NCBI GenBank assembly: GCA_050253415.1
Contig: JBFWJC010000005.1
Coordinates: 1-64,000, forward strand
Reading direction: 5' to 3'
From: Pedobacter sp.
Lineage (GTDB): Bacteria; Desulfobacterota; Desulfuromonadia; Desulfuromonadales; Syntrophotaleaceae
DNA length: 64,000 bases
A model generated the notes under the pieces. The model was given only the letters and a program-made list of their open reading frames with translations, had not been told where the DNA came from and did not search any database. Below, one piece after another: positions 8,827-18,030 of the stretch (positions within the stretch are counted from its first letter, which is position 1; every line of letters begins with the position of its first letter). The position numbers were made by a program, and so were the translations under genes.

Positions 8827-10161
8827 TCATATGCTGTAGAGTTTGCGCTTACGCCAGAGTGTAGCCTGGTCGATGTCGAGAATTTCCGAGGCTTCCTGTA
8901 GGGTAGAGGACCGGGCGATCACCCGTCGGATATGTTGTTCCTCAATTGTCGCCAGGGAAACGGAATCCCCGGGGCGAGGGAGTACCTTTCCGGGCGCCAG
9001 ATTGTCGGGGAATAATTCCGGTCCTATCCTATCGGCCCGGCATAGGATCACGGCTCGCTCAATGACATTCCGTAACTCACGCACGTTGCCCGGCCATCGA
9101 TAGTACATCAGGATTTCCATCGCTTCGGGAGTGAAATCCCGTATGGTTTTATGGTTCTGCCGGCTAAAGCTGATTAACATGTCACGGGCCAATACCTCGA
9201 TATCTTCGCTCCTCTCGCGCAGGGGGGGCAACTCGATCGTTATCACGTTAAGACGGTAAAATAGGTCTTCTCGGAAACGTCCTGCAGCAACCGCCGCCGC
9301 TAAATCAATATTGGTGGCAGCAATAATGCGAACATCGGCTTTGCGAGTACGCGGGTCGCCGACCCTCTCGTATTCCCTGTCCTGGACAAACCGCAGGAGC
9401 TTTGCTTGCAAGGCGGATGGCAGGTCGCCGATTTCGTCCAGGAATAAAGTACCCCCATCGCAGGCTGCTATCCTCCCCGCCTGATCACGCATGGCCCCGG
9501 TAAAAGCTCCTTTGACGTGGCCAAACAGCGCACTTTCCAGCAACTCGGGAGAAAGCGATGGGCACGAAACAACCGCCAGAGGACGTTTAGATCGTGGACT
9601 CCAAGAATGAATTGCCCGGGCTAACATCGTTTTGCCGGTTCCGTTTTCTCCGCGCAAAAGAATATTTGCCTCGGAGTCCGCTACCTGCCTAGCCATCTGC
9701 AAAACCTTGCACATAGCTGGACTAGTGCCGGAAAGATCTCCCGGGGGATACTGTTGATTCAGGTCATCCCTCAGATTCCGCACCTGTTCTTCCATGAGCC
9801 TCAAGTCAACCACTTTTTGAGTTACCATGCGGACCTGATCGGGCCCGAAGGGTTTCGGTAAATAATCGAAAGCCCCTCCCTTAATTGCCAAGACCGCCGA
9901 ATCAATTGTCGCAAATGCCGTAATCACAATCACCCGGGTCCCGGGCATTTCCGCCAGCAGACGGGGTAGCAGTTTGAGTCCGTCATCGGCACCCAATCTG
10001 AGATCCAGAAAAACGAGATCGAAAAATCCATCCGATGTCCGCATCAAAGCATCAGTTGCATTTTGCGTGATTGTTACATGATGTCCCCCCGATTCCAGGC
10101 ATACAGCAAGGGTTTTGCAGATATTAATCTCGTCATCGATAATCAGGATATCCAGAGTCAT
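8827..10161 (-). CDS. AlgB/NtrC-family sigma54-dependent response regulator
   Basis: REC, GENGTGKT, GAFTGA, WPGNVRELRN, HTH ATLWRKRK; start re-set to MTLDILIIDD. Confidence 0.93.
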   Translation of the reverse strand: MTLDILIIDDEINICKTLAVCLESGGHHVTITQNATDALMRTSDGFFDLVFLDLRLGADDGLKLLPRLLAEMPGTRVIVITAFATIDSAVLAIKGGAFDYLPKPFGPDQVRMVTQKVVDLRLMEEQVRNLRDDLNQQYPPGDLSGTSPAMCKVLQMARQVADSEANILLRGENGTGKTMLARAIHSWSPRSKRPLAVVSCPSLSPELLESALFGHVKGAFTGAMRDQAGRIAACDGGTLFLDEIGDLPSALQAKLLRFVQDREYERVGDPRTRKADVRIIAATNIDLAAAVAAGRFREDLFYRLNVITIELPPLRERSEDIEVLARDMLISFSRQNHKTIRDFTPEAMEILMYYRWPGNVRELRNVIERAVILCRADRIGPELFPDNLAPGKVLPRPGDSVSLATIEEQHIRRVIARSSTLQEASEILDIDQATLWRKRKLYSI

Positions 10162-10694
10162 TCTTTTCTCCGAAAGAACAGCACGAACCGGCATTTATAT
10201 TAATAAAGTCGCTATAGAAGCCTTCCACAGCCTCCGGTCCTTTATGGTCGTCACAACCTTACCAGGTAAAGTTATCAACTTTTTTATCAAGGAAAGTTGT
10301 CTCAGAAAAGGTGTCCAAAAAGTTGTAGCATATTTTAACGACTTTTAAAAAAATATGAATGATGAAAAGGGGGCTGAAATGCTAGAAAGGGGTATCCCTG
10401 ACTCTTTGGACAGCCATCTAATGCTCGCCGTCAAATTGTCTCCGCAGTCGCTTCCCAGGACTATGCTCAAAAACTCATCCTCGGAAGATTAGAAGTGATA
10501 TACGGCAATGTAGTTCTTTAGCAGCAGGCAGGGGGGCACCTTTGGGATTATCTCTGAGTCGCGCGCGTTGCCGGGTGCAGGTGGTGGATTTTACCAACTC
10601 CCTGTGTAGTTTCTTGATCCTTTGGGGGTGGCGCATTCTCCCAAACCCAGAACTTGAAGCGCTTCTTGCAGGTCGTCAAAAATCAAGTCAGACC

Positions 10695-11024
10695 TCAGTG
10701 GGTCCAGTCGATGATCTTTAAATCTGGTCCAAGATTTTTTTCGACCGCTCTTTTTATGGCTGCGAAGTGCGGGCAAGGAGATCCGATAGGATTGCCTTTT
10801 TTCATGCAGGAGGCAAACACGATGGCCTCTGCTCCTCGATCAACCATCATTTTAGCTCTAGTTACCGTTTTTTTCCCGGAGCAGCCTCCGCATGAGAGAA
10901 ATCCTATGATCTCCACCGGACCGGTTTTCTCGAAAGCCAAGGCTCCCTCCTTGGCTACCTTGAAATCGTTACTCCCCGGGCACATATCCTCGGTCAGTTG
11001 GCAGCGAATGATACCTACCTTCAT
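10695..11024 (-). CDS. CGGC-domain metal-binding protein
   Basis: MKVGIIRC...MCPG...SCGGC...ASC...CPH. Confidence 0.85.
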   Translation of the reverse strand: MKVGIIRCQLTEDMCPGSNDFKVAKEGALAFEKTGPVEIIGFLSCGGCSGKKTVTRAKMMVDRGAEAIVFASCMKKGNPIGSPCPHFAAIKRAVEKNLGPDLKIIDWTH

Positions 11025-11225
11025 GTTGTTGATCCTTTCTTCGAAATGTCGTCGATCTGGTTCCTCTCCCGAAATACATGCCAAGTTTATTGCATTCGAA
11101 TATGCATATATCATTTTGTCCAGATATTTTCAAAGAAAACCTCGAGGACACCCGGAAAGGTTGCAATCATTTTAAAATCGGTACTGCTAAAGAGGCCTCT
11201 TTAATTCCCCCCTGGCGAAGAACAT

Positions 11226-11277
11226 ATTCTCAGAATCTTTGTTCTGCGAGAAAAACCCGCCCGGAGACTCAGGCGAG
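11226..11277 (+). repeat. Degenerate module junction J4
   Basis: ATTCTCA-gaatctt-TGTTCT-GCGAGAAAAACCCGCCCGG...AGGCGAG. Confidence 0.65.
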
Positions 11278-11674
11278 TAGTAGCTTGGAAGGTCGCCATC
11301 ATCCATTAATGCATAATGAGGCCAGGGAAAATCCTCCCCAATGTCGGTTTCAACGCCAACCCCTTTCTCAACTTCTAAAAAGTTCTACATGCTTCTACAT
11401 AGGTGGAAAGAGTTCAGGAGAAGAGCAGCTTTAGGACTGCTTTTCCTTTGTTTTTCATAAAGCCATCACAGGACCATTGATTTCGGTAAATATTCATGAC
11501 AACCCCCTCCGTCTGGAGAGTTCATCCCAGGCAAAAAGGAGGCAGTCATGGGAATGAGCATTGAATCGCCCCTAGGTCTCTAGACACTCCTGGCATGTGC
11601 GCCCCGACGAGGGCAGAAGTGTCCTACATATTGTTTCATATTGTTTACAGGGATTAGATGAGGCTGAAAATCAA

Positions 11675-11810
11675 ATAATTACGACTCCTGCAATATGAGA
11701 AAACTCCGCCTGGCGAACCGGACGGGGTTTTTGTGTTTTGGAACTCGTACAATGCGAGAAAATCCCACCAGGAGGTCCGGAAGGAGATTCTATGCTTTAG
11801 AACTCCTGCG
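11675..11810 (+). repeat. Tandem module junctions J5 and J6
   Basis: ATAATTA-cgactcc-TGCAAT + hairpin, then gaactcg-TACAAT-GCGAGAAAATCCC...GCTTTAGAACTCC; the second copy overlaps the stop codon of the adjacent CDS. Confidence 0.85.
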
Positions 11811-14800
11811 TGGTGTAAAAATCAAAAGCTTCACGTATTTGCGCTCGAAGGTAGTTATTATCCCATGGTTTAGTCAGGAATCTATAGGGCATACATTCAT
11901 TGATTGCCTCCATCACCGTCGGAAGGTCGGCATACCCTGAAAGAATCAGGCGTACGGTTTCGGGATACATAGCCTTAACCCGCCTAAGAAATTCGGTACC
12001 GCGCATGTTCGGCATACACTGGCCGCTGATCAAGACCTGTACTTCATTTTGGGCAAGAATTTCAAAACCCTCCAGAGGGGACGCTGCCGTAAGAACTCGA
12101 TAGTCATCTTCGAGCAAGAGTCTTTGCAAGGCGTAGAGGATATGTGGCTCATCATCCACAATGAGTATTGTGGGCTTATCAGGACCTTCTGCGACACCAT
12201 CTAAGGACTTACCCTCATGCAATAGGGCCGCAAAAGCCTCCCCAGATACAGGTTCACTAAAATAAAACCCCTGTATTTCGTCGCAGCCATTTTGTTTGAG
12301 ATAACCCAATTGCGCTTCTGTTTCGACTCCTTCAGCTACAACCTTGAGCCGCATGCGATGGCCTAAAGCAATGATCGAGGTAGCGATCATTGCCGCATCC
12401 GGATCGGTGGTGATGTTGTTGATGAAAGACCGGTCGATTTTCAGGCAGTCGATGGGGAAACGACTCAAGTATGCCAAACTGGAATATCCGGTGCCGAAAT
12501 CGTCCAGGGAAAGATGGATGCCAAGCTGTTTGAGCCCGGTCATGAGGGAAACTGCTTGGTCGGGGTCGTCCATAAGCATGCTTTCGGTCAGTTCCAGCTC
12601 AAGCAGATGAGGTTGCAACCTCGTTTCCATTAAAATCTTACGAATCCTCGTTGCCAACTCGTTTTTGCGCAACTGCCGAGCGGAGAGATTTACCGCGACC
12701 CGCTGTGCTGGCAAACCCGCGTCCTGCCAAGCCTTGTTTTGTCGGCAGGCCTCTTTTAGCACCCAGTTGCCGATCGGAATGATCAACCCCGTCTCCTCGG
12801 CCAAAGGGATAAATTCGGTCGGCGGGACCATTCCTCGCTGTGGGCAATCCCAACGAATCAAGGCCTCGCAACCGATGATTTGTCCGCTTTTCAGGCTGAC
12901 CTTGGGTTGATAGTATAAACAGAACTCACCGCGTTTGAGAGCTTGACGCAGGCCGCTTTCGAGCTCCAGAGCGTATTGAGCTCGCAGGTTCATCGCGGGG
13001 GAATAAAATGCAACCAAGTTGCCTCCACCCTTTTTTGCCCGCCCCAGGGCGAGGTCGGCGTGACGGAGAAGGTTCTCGACGTCGTCGCTATCTCGGGGGT
13101 AAAGGCTGATGCCGAGGCTGGCGGTCAGAGTAATCTTGTGTGCGTCGATCTCGAAGGGTTTGCTCAGATGGCGGAGAATTTTGTTGGTAACTAGGCGTAC
13201 GTCATCCTCATCGGCTATATCCGTCAGCAGTATAGCAAACTCGTCCCCCTCCATTCGGGCCACGGTATCTCCCTCTCGCACGGCCTGCTGGAGGTGCTCG
13301 GCTATGGCACACAGCAATCGGTCGCCTGAAGCATGGCCAAGGGTATCGGTAATCAACTTGAAGCGGTCTATGTTCAGCAATACCACAGCCACCAGGCGGC
13401 CGGAGCGACTGACGTAATGCAGCGATTGTTTTAAGCGATCCAGCAATAGCGTGCGGTTGGGCAGCCCGGTCAGCTCATCATGATAGGCCAGGTACTCCAG
13501 GCGTGCCTGGGCTTCCTTTTTGTCCGTAATATCCTGAATGATGCCGACGCCGAAGCCTTGCCCATCCGGACCACCGGGAACCCAGACCCCGGTAACCTCG
13601 GCCCAAACAGCCGCACCGTCCTTTCGCAAAAAACGTCTTAAAAAGGTAACTTGCGATTCGTTGTTGCCCATAGCCGCCAGCAACTGGCATGGCTGATCGG
13701 CATCATCGGGATGAAACAATCGCTGAACCTTGCCGGCTTTCAATTCGTCCAGCGAGTATCCGAGAAGGGAGCAGAAAGCCGGGTTGGCATCCATGATCCG
13801 CCCGTTCTTTGCGATCACCTTCATGCCCACTCCCGATTTTTCAAAAATGCTACGGAACCTCTCCTCGCTTTCGGAGAGTTTCTCCATGGCCTGTTTCTGC
13901 TCGGTCAGATCGACCATTGAGCCGACATAGCGCGTTAGGTTACCCTTTGAGTCGTAGAGCGGTACGGCGGACGCCTGCACCCAGCGCATTTCGCCGTTGC
14001 GGTGCAGGAGGCGACGCTCCTGTTGCCAGGGGCCTTGTAATTGCCTGCCGTTCTGCCAACGCTTCACAACTCCTTCACGTTCCTCGGGAGGAATAGTGGC
14101 GGTCCATCCCAGTCCCAGACTCTCTTCGGCCGTCAACCCGGTCATGCGCATCCAGGCCGGGTTAGAGTAGGTGTTTTGGCCTTCTGGGCTGAGTTCAAAG
14201 ATGCCGATAGGGGTTGTTTCAGCCAGCGCCTTGAAGCGCTCTTCGCTTTCCTCTAGAGCCATTTTCATCTGAAAATGAGGTGTCATATCTTCGGCCAGCT
14301 CTACAAACCCGGTGCATATCCCCTCCTTATCGAAAACGGGAAACGCCTTGAGTTGGACCTTGAACTGATCACCATTTTCACGGACACCTTCAGTAATCAC
14401 CGTGTGGGGTTGTCCACTGGCCATGGCCTTAACCCCGGGACAATGGCGACAGATCGACGGCCTCCCCTCCAATGCCCGAAAACAGCTTTTACCGATAAAA
14501 TACTCGGGGACTTTTCCAAACATGCTGGCCAGCGATGAATTAACCATCTTAATGCGATGGTCTCTATCGATCAGGGCCAGCCCAACCCCAAGATTCTCCA
14601 CCAGGGCTTTATATAGGAGCTTGGCTGCGCGTAGTTTTTCTTCGGTATGTTTCTGTGGAGAAATATCGTGGATGAAACCGAGGAATAATGGCGAATTGGC
14701 AGTCGCATCGGTGGCCACCCGATTGACCGTGGTGAGACACCAGACAACCGACCCGTTTTTGCAAACGTAGCGCTTTTCATAGGTATGGGACGGCTCCTCA

Positions 14801-15048
14801 CCCAACTGCAAAAGATGAAAAACGGAGGCTGTTTGATCTAGATCGTCGGGATGGGTAATTGCATCGATGCTCATGCCCTGCAGTTCTGCGGGCAAGTAAC
14901 CGAGGTAATCGCAAAAGGCTTGATTGGCGTGAAGAAGCGATCGGTTTTTGTCTGCCACGGCGACGGCAATGGGAAGGTCCGTGATGGCCCGGGGGGAAGC
15001 ACCGCCGGAAGTGGAAACATGTAAAATCAAGTCTGAAGGATCGGACAT
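11797..15048 (-). CDS. Multi-PAS / GGDEF (degenerate EGDEF) / EAL / REC protein, likely phosphodiesterase
   Basis: Four PAS-like repeats; LLNIDRF and RMEGDEF; CEALIRW, DDFGTGYSSL; C-terminal REC whose phospho-Asp position reads ISGQ. Confidence 0.93.
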   Translation of the reverse strand: MSDPSDLILHVSTSGGASPRAITDLPIAVAVADKNRSLLHANQAFCDYLGYLPAELQGMSIDAITHPDDLDQTASVFHLLQLGEEPSHTYEKRYVCKNGSVVWCLTTVNRVATDATANSPLFLGFIHDISPQKHTEEKLRAAKLLYKALVENLGVGLALIDRDHRIKMVNSSLASMFGKVPEYFIGKSCFRALEGRPSICRHCPGVKAMASGQPHTVITEGVRENGDQFKVQLKAFPVFDKEGICTGFVELAEDMTPHFQMKMALEESEERFKALAETTPIGIFELSPEGQNTYSNPAWMRMTGLTAEESLGLGWTATIPPEEREGVVKRWQNGRQLQGPWQQERRLLHRNGEMRWVQASAVPLYDSKGNLTRYVGSMVDLTEQKQAMEKLSESEERFRSIFEKSGVGMKVIAKNGRIMDANPAFCSLLGYSLDELKAGKVQRLFHPDDADQPCQLLAAMGNNESQVTFLRRFLRKDGAAVWAEVTGVWVPGGPDGQGFGVGIIQDITDKKEAQARLEYLAYHDELTGLPNRTLLLDRLKQSLHYVSRSGRLVAVVLLNIDRFKLITDTLGHASGDRLLCAIAEHLQQAVREGDTVARMEGDEFAILLTDIADEDDVRLVTNKILRHLSKPFEIDAHKITLTASLGISLYPRDSDDVENLLRHADLALGRAKKGGGNLVAFYSPAMNLRAQYALELESGLRQALKRGEFCLYYQPKVSLKSGQIIGCEALIRWDCPQRGMVPPTEFIPLAEETGLIIPIGNWVLKEACRQNKAWQDAGLPAQRVAVNLSARQLRKNELATRIRKILMETRLQPHLLELELTESMLMDDPDQAVSLMTGLKQLGIHLSLDDFGTGYSSLAYLSRFPIDCLKIDRSFINNITTDPDAAMIATSIIALGHRMRLKVVAEGVETEAQLGYLKQNGCDEIQGFYFSEPVSGEAFAALLHEGKSLDGVAEGPDKPTILIVDDEPHILYALQRLLLEDDYRVLTAASPLEGFEILAQNEVQVLISGQCMPNMRGTEFLRRVKAMYPETVRLILSGYADLPTVMEAINECMPYRFLTKPWDNNYLRAQIREAFDFYTTQEF

Positions 15049-15335
15049 GCTGTCTCCTTGTTGGGCTCCTCATACCGCAAAAGAAAATATTGTGGGCGAC
15101 TATTGTGTTTTTGTCAGCTTTGCCTCTTGGTCTGGTTGATTAGTGAACGTCAAGTCAATTGCAATCTTTGTGACAAAGAATCAAGTGAGTACGCCTCGGA
15201 TACTAAATAAAAAAATTAAATAAGCTTCAGTATTCCTTAGTTCGGCTGGCATGTCAAAGATCAAATAATTTAATAGTCCAAAATGTAGGGTTCGTATGCT
15301 GTCATACTGAAAGAAAAGACAAAGATGGTTTGAAA

Positions 15336-15412
15336 ATTCCTACATCTCCTGAAATATATGAATCCCCCGTCCGGCGATCCGGACGGGGTTCCTGTGTTTC
15401 AGAACTCGTGAT
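15336..15412 (+). repeat. Module junction J7
   Basis: ATTCCTA-catctcc-TGAAAT, CCCCGTCCGG-CGAT-CCGGACGGGG, TGTGTTTCAGAACTCGTGAT. Confidence 0.88.
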
Positions 15413-15434
15413 TTTTGAGACTATCCTTTCTTCG

Positions 15435-15495
15435 GCTTAACGTTCGAGTTCACGCGCTCCCAGTATGGGCGCCGCCATGCAGCAATTGGTTAGGT
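15435..15495 (-). other. attC site
   Basis: Minus: ACCTAAC-caattgctgca...gtgaactcgaac-GTTAAGC, 61 bp. Confidence 0.85.
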
Positions 15496-15501
15496 GTCCG
15501 A

Positions 15502-15957
15502 TCATCCTACCCCTTCTTGGTCAACACCCCAGCCACCGAAGAGTCTCATTGCCCAGTAGTACAAATACCGCAGCTTAAAGTCTCCTAGCATTTTAAAAAA
15601 CAACTTATCAACTTCTGACTTACGAATTGGTATCGAATCTAGATATTGATACAGCGCATCATGTACCATGGATGCCCTGTAGGTATAAGGCTTACCTGTT
15701 CTGTAATCGAAATGTCCGTCAGGAACTCCAACAACAACAAGATTTAATATGTCGAACTTAGGAGTACAACCGTCCCAAGCGTATCCATTCTGGTTTGCTT
15801 TTACAGTGACAACGCCATCAGTTGATATTGCGAGCCATTCCGAATCAAACGGATTTTGTAATTTCCATCCCGTTTCTTGTTTGTAGTCCTGCATTTCAAC
15901 AAACACGTAAGGGTAGTTTCCCTTTCTAACTTTTTCTCTAGGTTTAGGATAGTTCAT
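15502..15957 (-). CDS. Cassette protein, DUF1353-like
   Basis: YAWDGCTP...ASMVHDALYQY...EVDKLF; start re-set to MNYPKP just after GTTAGGT. Confidence 0.7.
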   Translation of the reverse strand: MNYPKPREKVRKGNYPYVFVEMQDYKQETGWKLQNPFDSEWLAISTDGVVTVKANQNGYAWDGCTPKFDILNLVVVGVPDGHFDYRTGKPYTYRASMVHDALYQYLDSIPIRKSEVDKLFFKMLGDFKLRYLYYWAMRLFGGWGVDQEGVG

Positions 15958-15962
15958 AAGGC

Positions 15963-16018
15963 ACCTAACGGTTTGATAAGCGGGCGCGGTACGCGATCCG
16001 CTTATTTTTTTGTTAAAC
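15963..16018 (-). other. attC site
   Basis: Minus: GTTTAAC-aaaaaaataagcgg...ccgcttatcaaacc-GTTAGGT, 56 bp. Confidence 0.9.
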
Positions 16019-16461
16019 ACCAAAGAATTCAGTCACTTTCTTTTCAAGCCTGAACTCTTCATATTCACTCAAACGCACTCGCTTTTTGACCGAACTTCGT
16101 CTTCTAAACACATGTAGAAATGAAGCCGCTCTTTTGATTCTTGCTGTGCAAGTGAAGCAAACTCTTCGTGCGAAAACAACCAGATACGATTTTCACTGAG
16201 GTCAACTAACGCAACCAGCTCGGCAGGCGAATTGACGCGAAGCCACCAATCGAGTGCGAGCGGACCTTGGCCGCCACCGGGCTTAAGCTTTTCATTGGCC
16301 TTTACCTGGATAGTCAACGCTTTGTTGTGATTTGCAGCAAAAGCGACTAGATCGATGCCCGAGTCAGTGGTCAATGGCGCCGATTCAATGCCAAACTTCA
16401 ATAATTCGTATTGGACAAGAAGTTCTCCTGCCCGACCTATTTGTTGAGTATTCATGCTCAT
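16013..16461 (-). pseudogene. PD-(D/E)XK nuclease-like cassette gene with a 1-nt frameshift near the 3' end (ORF as given stops at 16069)
   Basis: IGRAGE...GIDLVA...IQVKA; one extra A in the A5 run at 16083-16087 extends the frame to the TAA inside the attC R'' box. Confidence 0.65.
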
Positions 16462-16463
16462 GC

Positions 16464-16566
16464 GTTTAACGGTAAAGATCACCGGCGGCAACGTTCAGCT
16501 GAATTATGCAGAGACCCTATCGAGGAGCACTCGTGTATCTCCGTCCGGTGGATCGCCTGGTTCGGC
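16464..16566 (-). other. attC site
   Basis: Minus: GCCGAAC-caggcgatccaccggacgg...ccgccggtgatctttacc-GTTAAAC, 103 bp. Confidence 0.85.
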
Positions 16567-16595
16567 TTTCCGCCATTATTCTACGTCAGCAACAC

Positions 16596-17246
16596 CTACT
16601 TAGGAGTAGAGCCTGGCCCAGCGTCACTCAGACCCTCACACTTGTAGAGCCATTTTTTGATTTCATCCTTATATTTTTCTTTATCGCTATTGAACTTAGA
16701 TTCAGGCACCTCATTATAAAAAAAGTAAAGAAGCAAAAAAACGACTAGCAGCATTACCGTCACAACATACAATTGGGTACTTCCATTCATAATCATAAAG
16801 ACAGATGCAAGAGCGATGAGAAAAATTGAAAAAACCAAGAGAAACAATGCCCTTTTGATAATGGTACGATACTCTACCAAGCATCTCCAAGTATCATCCT
16901 CAGCTGCTTTTAATTCCGCGAGAAATGCAGCCTCAAAGTCGTTTTTATCAAGCTGTGACAGGATTTCTTTCAGTTCAAACCAAGGAAGACTTCCTTTTAT
17001 TGAGAATCTTTTTAGTAAAATTAGTAGTGCTATAATTTGAAAAAGGATAGGGATGATAAATAGTACGATTTTGAAAGCACCATACAATGTAAGACAAAAG
17101 AGGGGCAGAAAAGTGGCAATTATCATCAAGTAATTAATGCTACTTGTTGTAGACGTTTCTCTAACTTCGTAAATGTGCTCATATGAGTTCCACAGTATCG
17201 GTAGTATATCTTTTATTTTGGCATTCCTGTCTCGCTCATCAGTCAT
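16596..17246 (-). CDS. Cassette membrane protein of unknown function (about 4 TM)
   Basis: Two hydrophobic hairpins; flanked by attC sites. Confidence 0.8.
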   Translation of the reverse strand: MTDERDRNAKIKDILPILWNSYEHIYEVRETSTTSSINYLMIIATFLPLFCLTLYGAFKIVLFIIPILFQIIALLILLKRFSIKGSLPWFELKEILSQLDKNDFEAAFLAELKAAEDDTWRCLVEYRTIIKRALFLLVFSIFLIALASVFMIMNGSTQLYVVTVMLLVVFLLLYFFYNEVPESKFNSDKEKYKDEIKKWLYKCEGLSDAGPGSTPK

Positions 17247-17294
17247 GAGGGAATTACTCCTTAATATTCTCTTATCCTAAATTTCATACCTTTT

Positions 17295-17352
17295 GCCGAA
17301 CAGGAAAGTTCAGCGAGAGCCAAAGGCGCGCCGCTGGAATGTCTTGTTGTGT
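17295..17352 (-). other. attC site
   Basis: Minus: ACACAAC-aagacattccagcgg...cgctgaactttcct-GTTCGGC, 58 bp. Confidence 0.85.
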
Positions 17353-17353
17353 G

Positions 17354-17896
17354 CTACCCCGTTAACCCTACGAGAAGAATGGGAGCAGTTAGAACCGGAT
17401 AAAAATTCTCGAGATACCATTTTGCTATTTCATATACGACCATGGAGTTTCCGTCTTTGGGTGAAACAATTTTTGCAAAATCCTTAGTGGGGCAGATGTA
17501 GACCCCCACATTGATCACGTTTTTTACTTCTGCCGCCGCCTGCAACCTGAGAAGGTCACCACCGATAAAAGAGCGGTGATTGAACGCCACATCGATACCA
17601 ATGTTACGCTTCCAGAAGTCAATTGCGAGATCATTGCCAGAGTCGTTAAAGACATTCTTTTCAGTTTCCCAGCCGCGAGTCCCGAACTCTTGTCGGAATA
17701 ACGCATTAATGGTTGACTGTTTACCTTGAGCTTCCCGCTTGCCTAACGCAATACGCCGTTGATTTTCATCCGCAAACTCTTTTAAGACGGTTTCGAATGA
17801 GATAGTACCGATTACTTCGTCAATCTCTTGTTTAAGTGCGTAATCAGAGTTGAGGATAATGTCGGCAAATCGATGTGGGAATGTTTGGTACTGCAT
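17354..17896 (-). CDS. BglII/BstYI-like restriction endonuclease-fold protein (cassette)
   Basis: QSTINALF...GWETE...IDFWK...IDVAF...DLLRL...INVGVYI pattern. Confidence 0.7.
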   Translation of the reverse strand: MQYQTFPHRFADIILNSDYALKQEIDEVIGTISFETVLKEFADENQRRIALGKREAQGKQSTINALFRQEFGTRGWETEKNVFNDSGNDLAIDFWKRNIGIDVAFNHRSFIGGDLLRLQAAAEVKNVINVGVYICPTKDFAKIVSPKDGNSMVVYEIAKWYLENFYPVLTAPILLVGLTG

Positions 17897-17908
17897 TTCA
17901 TTTCATCC

Positions 17909-18026
17909 TATGAACGGTTCATGATAACCGGCGGCGATGCGAACTTATGCTCCCCACTTCAATTTTTGTTTTGCTTTTCAATTTTGCACAGCCGTATTTT
18001 CCGTACGGTTGATTTTCTGGTTAGCC
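17909..18026 (-). other. attC site
   Basis: Minus: GGCTAAC-cagaaaatcaaccgtacgg...ccgccggttatcatgaacc-GTTCATA, 118 bp. Confidence 0.8.
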
Positions 18027-18030
18027 ATGT

